This document shows positions 23,908-33,750 of a DNA stretch of 64,000 nucleotides, piece by piece. The position numbers and the translations under genes were made by a program. Under the pieces are notes generated by a model, which worked only from the letters and a program-made list of their open reading frames with translations, did not search any database and was not told the DNA's origin. This DNA comes from Scyliorhinus canicula (taxonomy: Eukaryota). Positions within the stretch are counted from its first letter, which is position 1; each line of letters opens with the position of its first letter. The stretch lies in assembly GCF_902713615.1 (NCBI RefSeq), contig NC_052175.1:9899271-9963270 (forward strand). The letters are read 5' to 3'.

Positions 23908-23974
23908 CAGGAACACCAACAATAACAAGGACAATGCACAATATTTTCCCAACTATGTCAATTGGAAGAACCAT
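23908..23974 (-). CDS. GPR139-like GPCR, coding exon 1 (MVLPIDIVGKILCIVLVIVGVP)
   Basis: ATG at 23974, 67 nt, phase-1 donor G|GTAAGT. Joining to exon 2 gives VGVP-V-NLLGIAIL in frame; 1008 nt in total, 335 aa. Confidence 0.85.
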
Positions 23975-24021
23975 TTTAGTGGAAAGTAATGTGTCATTTC
24001 GTGCTGCTGCCGATCTCTCTG

Positions 24022-24028
24022 CCTTATA
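24022..24028 (-). promoter_or_regulatory. Candidate TATA box of the GPCR gene
   Basis: TATAAGG on the minus strand about 50 nt upstream of the ATG. Confidence 0.4.
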
Positions 24029-24309
24029 CTCCGAGGTTACATGATTCCCAAAACTTTAATTGATACCCTGAGGAACCACCTGAGCGATGTTGAGATTGCA
24101 ACATCGTTCAACTTGTTTTTCAAATATTTGAACAAACAAATTACGACTTTAGCTTCAAAAAATATTTTCCTTTTGAGGGAGTGATGACATTGCAACACTG
24201 GTCTGTGTTGATCACATTGTTCACCTGATAATAACAGATAGGATGTTGTCCATTCAAAGATCATCAGGCCGATAAAAGCTCAGATTGTTTCATTGACATC
24301 TAACCCTCG

Positions 24310-24760
24310 ACTGTGACCATTCAGTGATTCAGTTCAAATTGTTAGTGTGTCTCTCTGGGTGATTCCACTGCACTCTGGGGTGGAGCTGCCTCTTAATCTG
24401 TGACCATTCAGTGATTCAGTTTCAATTGTCTATGTTTCTCTGGGCGGTTCAAATGCGGGCTGGAATGTCGCTCCCTTTTAACTGTGACCATTCAGTGATT
24501 CAGGTCCAAACGCATTGTGTTTGTCTGAGTGGGACCGCCACTCTGGGGTATAACAGCCTGTTTAACTGGGACCATTCAGTAATTCAGTTCCGAATGTCAG
24601 TGTGTTTCTCTGGGTGGTTCCACTGCACTCTGGGATGTAGCTTTCTCTTTATTTGTGACCATTCATTAGATCAGTTCCAACTGTTAATGTGTTTCTCTGG
24701 GTGGTTGCACTCCACTCTGGGGTGTAGCTGTCTATTTCCCTGTGACCATACAGTGCTGTG
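24310..24760. repeat. Degenerate tandem repeat, about 86 bp x about 5
   Basis: TGTGACCATTCAG-like anchors near 24311, 24398, 24482, 24567, 24653 and 24741. Confidence 0.85.
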
Positions 24761-24949
24761 ATTTAAGGGGTTTAGGGTGACAGAAATAGCAAATTTCAAT
24801 GAATGGAATATCAGGAACTATGTAAAATCCAAAGAAAATTATTCCAACCCATAATCTAATGCAGTTACTCAAACAGAGAAAACATTTTGAAATATTGGGA
24901 CACCTGTGTACCTTCGAGCCTGCAGCAGACACAAACACAGGACACCAAA

Positions 24950-25292
24950 GGGGCCTCACGGTAGCATGGTGGTTAGCATCAATGCTTCACTGCTCCAGGG
25001 TCCCAGGTTCGATTCCCGGCTGGGTCACTGTCTGTGTGGAGTCTGCACGTCCTCCCTGTGTGTGCGTGGGTTTCCTCCGGGTGCTCCGGTTTCCTCCCAC
25101 AGTCCAAAGATGTGCGGGTTAGGTGGATTGGCCATGCTAAATTGCCCGTAGTGTAAGGTTAATGGGGGGATTGTTGGGTTACGGGTATACGGGTTACGTG
25201 GGTTTAAGTAGGGTGATCATTGCTCGGCACAACATCGAGGGCCGAAGGGCCTGTTCTGTGCTGTACTGTTCTATGTTCTATGTTCTATGTTC
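24950..25292 (+). mobile_element. Full-length HE1-type V-SINE
   Basis: GGGCCTCACGGTAGCATGGTGGTTAGC head, GGTTCGATTCC, V-domain, CR1-like tail with (CTATGTT)n; CAAAG at both ends. Confidence 0.95.
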
Positions 25293-25439
25293 AAAGAGAA
25301 GTACAAACATATTTGGCTGAAAAAACTTATACACCGTTCTAACAAATACTGCATCCATCTGATACACACACTAAATCTGGGAGGGAGACGTTTTGTGATT
25401 TGGAGGAAGTCATGGATGGATATGGTCTGTGAGATGTGC

Positions 25440-28400
25440 TGAAATTATTAGATTGAGAGAGAAAGAGGGCAAGTGAGACACAAGATGTGAGAGAAGGAAG
25501 ATGACAGAGAAAAAATGGGACGGCAAAATAGATTCAGAGAGAAGGCGGGTGCGAGAGTGAAAGTGACTGAGAGAGTAAGAGGATGAGAGAGAAAGTGAGA
25601 GAAAGAGGGTGAGTGTGAAAGAGAGAGAAAGAGGGAAAGAGATAGGGAGAGTCAGAGGTTCAGAGAGACAGAGGGTGAGAGCGAAACAGGATGAAAGAGA
25701 AAGAGGGTGAGAGAGAAAGGGAGAAAAAGACGGTGATTGAAAAATTATGTAGCAGAGAAAAGAGCATGGGAGAGAAAAATCGTGTCTACAATAAAGGGTA
25801 AAACGAGAGAAAGAGATGGATTGACTTAATAGGGAGGGAAGAGAGTGGAGACAGAGCGAGAGAGTGGATGCGGGAGGCAGCCGATGTGAGTAGGATTGTG
25901 CGTAAAATAGTAAATCAGTATTCGAGTCAAGTAATCTCGGCCATAAAATCCTCGAGTGAGTTGCCGAGTGCGCGAGTCAATGAAAGTAAGAGAAAAGAGG
26001 GACATGAGAGAGTGTGGGATAGAGGGTAAGCATTTGGTAGAAAGTGTCAGGGATGGAGGGTGTGTGGTGAGAGATGAGAGAGATAGTGGGAGGGATAGAG
26101 TGCATGGGAGTGTACGCGAGGCACATTGTGAAAGAGGGAGCTGGTGTAAGAGATTGGGAGTTATTGTGAGAGTCTGAAAGAGTGAGAGGGCAGAACGTGT
26201 GATAGAGTAAGAGTGTGAGAGAGGGAGTATGAGAGACTGTGTGCGAGGGAGGAAGCGAGAGAGTAAAATTTTGGAAGAGAGAGAGAGAGTGTCTGAGAGA
26301 GTGAGGAACTGTCGGAGAGGAAGTGACTCTGAGGCAGTGGGAGCATTTCTGACAACGAGATAGTGGGAGAGGAGTTTGTTAGCCTGTGTGAGAACTGGCG
26401 TGTGACGATGTGTGTTGGAACGTATGTGAGAGCATGTGTGAGAGCGTGTGTGAGCCGGAGTGTGAGAGCGCGTTTGAGGGCCTGTGTGGGGCTGTGTACG
26501 AGAGAGTTTCTTAGTTCCGATGTGTGAAAGATAGAGTGTGAGAATGTATGGGATCCGGAGTGTGAGAGCATGTATAAGAGCCAGAGAGTCAGATTTTCTG
26601 GGATAGAAATATTGTGAGAGCCGATGCGTGAGGCGGAATGTGACAGCAGGAGTTGGCAGAGTGAATGAGAGCGTGTATGAATCCCGGAGTTTGAGAGCAT
26701 GTGCGAGACTGTGAGAGAGAGCGTGTATGAGAAGTGGTGTGAGAATCAGTTTGAGACCGTGTTTGAGAGTATCTGTGAGGGCCGGTGCATACGAGAGCGT
26801 GTGTGGGAGTCGGAGAGTGAGACCTTGTGCGATCGCGTGAGTGAAAGCTTGTAGGAGAGTGTGTGTGAGAGTATCTGTGGGAGAGTGCGAGAGTGTGTCT
26901 GAAAGCCCGAGTGTGAGATCATGAGTGAGAGCGTGCATGAGAGATGGTGCATCAGAACCGTCTCTGGGAGAATGTGTGAGAGCCAGTGTGTCAGAGTGTG
27001 GTGAGAGCGTGTGAGCTGCTTGAGAGAGTGCTTGCTAGAGCCGGTGTAAGAGCCCGTGTATGAGAGCCAGATTATGAGAGAGAGTTTCCGAGCATGTGTG
27101 TGAACACGTATGTGACCAGGAATGTGACAGACGCACTGTGAGTGTGTCTGAGATCCATTGAGTGAGATCATGTGTGAGAGCGTCTGTGAGAGCGTGGCTG
27201 AGAGCATGTGTGAGAGCCGTGTGTGAGAGCGTGTGAAAATGTGCGCGAGGGCATGTGTGAGAGACTGCTTGTGAGAGTGTGTGAGAGCGTGAGTGTTCCC
27301 CAGACTGTGAGATCATGCATAAGAGGTTGTGAGAGAGCCTGTACAAATGCAAGTGCGAGAGCAGGAGTGTGAGAGCCTGTGAGAGAGTGAGAACGTCAGT
27401 GAGAGCGCGACTGAGAGCATGTGTGAGCAGTGTGTCAGAGCGTGTGAGAATGTGCGTGAGAGATTGCTTGTGAGAGCCCGTGTGAGAGCGCGCGTGTGCA
27501 ACAGGCTGCGAGGTCATACATAAGACGTTGTGTGAGAGCCTGTGAAAATGCAAGTGGGACAGCCAGCTTGTGAGAGCCGGAGTGTGAGAACAGTTGTGTC
27601 GAAGTGTATGTTACAGCCGAGTTTAACTCCATGTGTGACAGCTGGAGTTTTATACGAGTGTGAGAGCCGCAGTCTGAGAGCATTTTTGAGAGAGTGTGTT
27701 AGAGCGTGAGTGAGCGTGCGTGAGGGCAGATGTGAGAGACTGTTTATGAGAGCGTGTGTGAGAACATGTGTGAAAGCCTGAGGGTGAGATTGTGTGAGCA
27801 CGTGTGTGAGAGCTGGTATGTGAATGTGACTGGGAGCTGGTGTGTGAGAGTCTGTGTGAAAGATGGACTGAAAGCTTGTTTGAGAGGCTGAATGTGAGAT
27901 CTAAAGTGTGAGAGATTCTTGGAGAGCCACAGTTTGAGAGCCTGTGTGGGAGCAGGGATGTAAAAGCCTCTGTGTGCGCATGTGAGCGAGTCAGATAGTG
28001 AGAGCGTCTGTGACAGCATGTGTGAGAGCATGTGTGAGAACTGGATTGTGAGCGCGATGGTGAGTGTGTGTGAGAGTGATTGTGGCAGCCAGTCTGCGAG
28101 TGTATGTGACAGCGTTTGTGAGTGACGAAGTGTGGGAGCATGTGTGGGAGATTGTGTGAGAACAAGTGCAAGAGCAAATGTGAGAGCCTGACTGTGAGAA
28201 TCGGAGAATGAGAGTGTGTGGGATAGCACGTGTGAGAGTCGGAGTTTGGGAGCCTGGGTGAGAGCATGTGTGAGAGTGTATGAGAGTGTGTGTGAGAGAA
28301 TGTGTGAGAGTGTGTGTGAGAGAATGTGTGAGAGTGTGTGAGAGCATGAGTGAGAGTGTGTGTGAGTGTGTGAGAGAGCATGTGTGAGTGTGCGTGAGAG

Positions 28401-28620
28401 AATGTGTGAGAGTGTGTGAAAGCGGGAGTGAGATTGTGTGTGAGAATGTGTGAGAGTGTGTGAGAGCGAGTGAGAGTGTGTGTGAGTGCGTGTGAGAGAA
28501 TGTGTGAGAGTCTGTGAGAGCGTGAGTGAGAGTGTGTGAGAGTGTGTGTGAGAGAATGTGTGAGAGCCAGAGTGTGAGAGCGTGTCTGACAGGTGGTGTA
28601 TGAAAGCTGTGTGTGAGAGA
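25440..28620. repeat. Purine-rich low-complexity tract grading from GA-rich into a (GTGTGAGA)-like microsatellite
   Basis: Continuous GAGA/GTGTGAGAG units, purest at about 28260-28580. Confidence 0.92.
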
Positions 28621-28633
28621 GCATGCATGAGAG

Positions 28634-29325
28634 TGTCATGTAAGTGTCCATTAACAAATGTTTTGTTTGATCACATGACTTGTAGCACGGCATCAGTGAT
28701 GTCATTTGTGGGTGGAGTTGGGCTGTGGCGCTCAGGTGAGAGGTTGTTAAGTGTTTTGGTTCCGTTTTCAGTTTGTTCATTTGGACTGCAGGAAGATTTC
28801 CCCATAACTCTGTTTTCATTTTGAAGCTGTCCCAGTGAACTGAAAGCACATTGTGTGCTTTGCAAACTGGTTTGTTAACGTCAAAGATAGAGTTGCTTTC
28901 CGAAAGGTGACTTGAATCTGCTGGTCGGAGGCTGGCCTAGAATCTCATTGAAGTGAGAAAACAGTGTGCTGGGCCACTTGCTTGAAAGGGGGTTTTATTG
29001 ATTGGTTGGTTTTATTGATTTGTTTTTTATTGGATTTGAACAGATTAATAGGGGGATTCATTAAGAGTGATATACACAGATTACTGTAGCTGTTGCGTTT
29101 TCTTCGTGTTTGTATTTGATACCAAATTCTTGTTTTATACATGTTCACTACATTCGTACAAACATTGTTTTGAGAAAGGAAGGAAGTCTGGAAGCCAAGG
29201 AAGTCTGATAAATCACATCTGAAGTGAAGACTTCTGTGCTCATCCTTGCCAAATTCAACACTAAAGCTATAGTTCAGGTGAGCTTCAAAATTCACTTTGC
29301 AATTTCTACGCTCTGGCCCAGAACA
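28634..29325 (+). mobile_element. Gypsy-type solo LTR
   Basis: TGTCATGTAAGTGTC...CTGGCCCAGAACA, similar to the LTR at 32023-32705; no PBS follows. Confidence 0.75.
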
Positions 29326-32022
29326 CTGTCTATTGTTCACATAAACATTTCCCCTGTTCTGACATTGCAATCTGTTGTTCACAGTGAAAGCTTCCCTCTT
29401 CTGACATTACAATCTGTTCTTCACAGGAGATCTTTACGGATCGGACATTGCAATCTCTTGTTCCCCAATGCAGCTCCACTGTTCTAAATTTACAATCACT
29501 TGTTCACAGAGACAGCACCATTGGTAGAACATTTCAATCTGTTTTCACATTGCAATCTATTATTTACCTTGACACCGCCCACGTGAACCACAGCCATCAT
29601 TGCGAACAAACACAACTGCACTGTTCTAATGTTTCAATCTATTGTTCAGAGAGACTCCTTCAATGTTCTAACATTGCAATCTGTCTGTCACAGAGACTGT
29701 TTCACTGTTCCACCATTGCAGTCAGTCAGAGTGACTGCATCACTCTTTTGACCGTTTATTCTTTGTGGCAGCACCACTGTTCTTTCATTGCAATCTATTT
29801 GTTCACTGGGACAGTTCATCTGTTCTAACTTTGCAATCTATTGTTCACAGAGAGGCTTCACAGTTATACCATCGTAATCTTCTGTTCACAGAGACAGCCC
29901 CATTGCTCTCACATAACGGTCTGCTTTTCGCAGATAAATGGCAATCTATGATTGAAAGAGACGGCTGCAAAAGTTTAAATTTCAACCTGTTGTTGCACAG
30001 TTCCAAAATTGTGATATACTATTCACAGATCCAGCTCCAGTGATCTTACTGTGCAATCTACTATTCACAGAGACAGCTCAACTGATCTAACTTTGCAATC
30101 TATTATACACAGAGATAGCTCCATTGGTTTAACTGTGCAATCTTCTGTTCACATAGACAGGTCCACTGATCTAACTTTGCAATCTACTATTCACAGAGAC
30201 AGCTCCATTGATCTAACTGTATGATCTACTATTCACTGAGACAGCTCAACTGATCTAACTTTGCAATCTACTATTCACAGAGACAGGGACACTGATCTAA
30301 CTTTGCAATCTTATGCTCGCAGACACAGCACCACTGATCTAAATTTGCAATTTTCTGTTCACAGAGACAGGGACACTGATCTAACTTTGCAATCTTGTGT
30401 TCACAGACACAGCTCCACTGATCTAACTGTGCAATCTATAATGCACAGAGACAGCTCCATTGATTTACCGTTGCAATCTGTTATTCACGGAGACAGCTCC
30501 ACTGATCTAACTTTGCAATCCATTCTTCAAACAGACAGCCCCACTGATCTAACTTTGCAATCTATTATGCACAGAGACAACTCCACCGATCTAACTTTGC
30601 AATCTTCTGTTCACAGAGGTAGCTTCACTGTTCTAACTTTGCAATCTTCTGATCACAAATACAGCTCCAATGATCTAACTTTGCAATACATTGTTCACAG
30701 AGAGAGCACCACTAATCTAATTGTGCAATCTGTTGGTCACAGAGGCAGCTTTTCTGTTCTAACTGCAATCTATTTTTCACAGGCATACTCTTCACATTGA
30801 CAGCTTCGTTGTTCCAATATTGTGGTCTACTATTGACCGAGACAGGACCACTGATCTGACAATGAGATCTGTTGTTCAGAAATACAGATGCACTGTTCAA
30901 ATACTACAACCCATTGTCGAAGAGACAGAACCACAGTTCTATCATTGCAATCGATGAATCACACAGAGAGCTCCAACTTTCCGACATTGCAACTAATTAT
31001 TCACATAGACAGCTCCTCTGGTCCAACATTGCAATCCATTATTCGTCGCGGCATCTTTACAGTCCAAACATTGCAATCAATTGTTTCTATAGAGGGATGA
31101 ACTGTTCATGCATTGCAATCTACTGTTCATACGGAAAACTCCACTTTCAACATTCCAATCCATGTCCACAGAGACAGCCCTACATTCCTGGCAATAGAAA
31201 ATGATTTTCAGAGACCGTCCACTCTTTACAATTTTGTATTCTGGTGTTCATAGAGGCAGCTCAACTGTTCTGGCATTCCAATCTGTTGTTCATAGAGACA
31301 TCACTGTTCTGACATTGCAATCTATTGTCCATAGAGACAGATCCACTGTTCTGGCATTGCACTCTATTGTTCACATGGACAGCTCCACTGTTCTAAAATT
31401 GCACTCGATTGTTCACATCGACAGCTCCATTGTTCTAACATTGCACTCTGTTATTCACAAAAATAGCTCCACTGTTCTAACACAGCACTTTGTTGTTCCA
31501 AGAGACAGTTCCACTGTTTTTACTTTGTGATGTGTTGTGAACAGCACCACTGATCCATCATTTTCAGCATTGTAAAAAATTCAAAATCCCTTTTGGAATA
31601 TTGCAATCTATTGTCCAAATAGGTTGCATTACTGTTCTCACAGTTTCACTATTCCAACACTGCATACTGGTCACTCTTCTGACAGTTCGCTCTATGTTCA
31701 TTGGTGGACCACCATCGTTATGTCATTGCAATCTAATGTTCACAAAGACAGCTCATCTGTTCTAACATTTCATTCTGTGTTATCCACAGCATTGACATGG
31801 TAATCTGTTACTGGAAGAGACGGTTACACTGCCCTTACACTTCAATCTGTTCTTCAAAATTCTGGTCACGGTTATGGCATTACAATCCATTCAAAGCAGA
31901 AGCTTAAAATGTATCCAACATTGCAATTTATTGTTAAGAGAGACAGTTCCACCGTTCTGACATTGCTGTCTGTTGTTCAGGGACAACTCCACTGTTCCAA
32001 CATGGGAATTCATTGTTCACAG
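29326..32022. repeat. Satellite of about 42-bp units
   Basis: Consensus-like TTGCAATCTATTGTTCACAGAGACAGCTCCACTGTTCTAAC repeated over 2.7 kb; most homogeneous at about 30030-30760. Confidence 0.92.
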
Positions 32023-32861
32023 TGCCATGTGAGTGTCACTTCAATAAATGTTTGCTCCCTTATCATGTGTCTAGTAGTACAGATTCAGAGATGTATTTTC
32101 TTGTGTGAAGCTGGATTGTGTCTGTCTTCTGAGAGGGGTTCTTTTCTGGTTTTGATTTTCGTTTTGTGGCTTTCAACTGCAGAAGGAATGAAGTTGTTTC
32201 CACGTTTTTCTCTTTTGAAAAAAAGCTATTCGAATGCAAAACATACTGCGTATTGCATTCTGCCACAACCTTCGTAGTTGTTTTCCGGAAGGAGTTTGAA
32301 ACTGCTGGTACAAACTGCATCAGAATCTCAGGTGAAGGTCCAGTCCCAGTCAAGTGAGAATACAGTGTGCTCGGCCACGCCTTCGAAAGGGGTTTTGGTT
32401 TACGGATTTTGTTATTGAATTGGAACAGCTAAGAGGGAAATCATTCCGTGTTATTTACATGGATTACTGAAGCTACTTTTGAATTTGTTTGTAATTGATA
32501 TGCAAAATCATGCTGTTTTTATATGTACATATGTTAACTCCATTCTTATAATAAACCTTATTTTGATTAAAATGCTCAAAAAATCTGCTTCATCGTACCT
32601 GAAGCGCATAATTTTTTGCTCAACCTAGCCAAGTTTAACCTGAAGGTTATAGGTCAGATGAACTTCATAATACACTTTGGAGTTTCTCAGACATGGCCCA
32701 CAACAAATTGGGTGCTCGTCAGACAAAAGTCTATCTTTACTGATTGGGCTGGCTTAGTGAACTTATTGATCGTTAGGGTGAACATATTTGTATTTCAGGT
32801 TCTGTTGTTGCATCCCAGCAGTATAAATAGGGAGTGTGCTTTCTGCAATGGTTCTTTCAGA

Positions 32862-33042
32862 TAGGTTAGGTGGATTAGGTGGATTGGCCATGCTAAATTG
32901 CCCGTAGTGTAAGGTTAATTGGGGGATTGTTGGGTTATGGGTATACGGGTTACGTGGGTTTAAGTAGGGTGATCAGTGTTCGGCACAACATCGAGGGCCG
33001 AAGGGCCTGTTCTGTGCTGTACTGTTCTATGTTCTATGTTCT
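32862..33042 (+). mobile_element. 5'-truncated HE1-type SINE
   Basis: GGTTAGGTGGATT...GGCACAACATCGAGGGCCGAAGGGCC...(CTATGTT)n. Confidence 0.9.
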
Positions 33043-33750
33043 AGATGCTCAGACTGTTTGAGTGGCTGTGCAAGGTCACGCGCTGTACCTTACAAACGGT
33101 GATTAAAACAAGGCTTATAGAATTAGCATAAACATTACAGTTAACATTACGTGACAAAGGACGGAAAGAACATTTAATTACAGCGGTAGCTGAGCATGTA
33201 AAATTGCCAGAGACACAGTCAGAATCATTGGAACAGGCAAGAATTCAAAAGCAGCTTGAAAGTCAAAAAAACATTCAAGCTGCTTGAATTGCAGTTCATG
33301 GCAAAGAGAAGGAGAGAGATGAAAAGGAGAAGGGAAGAATACCCGAGCGTAACAAACAGAGATAAAGGGAGGTACAGATCAGGGAAAAAGAAAAGGAGAG
33401 AGAGGAAAAGGAAACAGAAACGGAGATAAAGGAAAGGGAAACATTTCGAAAACTGGCCATGAAAAATGAACGTCAGTTAAAAGAATCTGAGGTAAAGAGA
33501 AAATTACAGTCTGAGGATAGCGATGAGAATGGTCAGAAGGAGCACAAGCTTCCGAGTCGAAGGTTTGGTGATTATCTATTTAAAAACGTCGATGAATTGC
33601 CCTGGGTTGATGCGAAGGATGTAGAAGGTGGCAAAAGAAATGAAAATTCCCAGGACATAGAACATAGAACATAGAACACTACAGCGCAGTACGGGCCCTT
33701 CGGCCCTCGATGTTGCGCCGACCTGTGAAACCATCTGAAGCCTATCTGAC

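Noticed and set aside
25826-28849. Long His/Thr/Ser/Leu-rich ORFs (370, 399 and 294 aa)
   Set aside because: Stop-poor translations of the GTGAGA microsatellite; several frames are open and no domain is visible.
30261-31530. 14-aa repeat protein (LTLQSIVHRDSSTV)n, superficially zinc-finger-like
   Set aside because: The 42-bp unit preserves frame trivially. There is no Cys pair or TGEKP linker, and stops and indels occur across the array.
28634-32705. Two LTRs flanking the 42-bp satellite as a single LTR element
   Set aside because: The first LTR has no PBS after it, the second does and leads into gag, and the two are visibly diverged.
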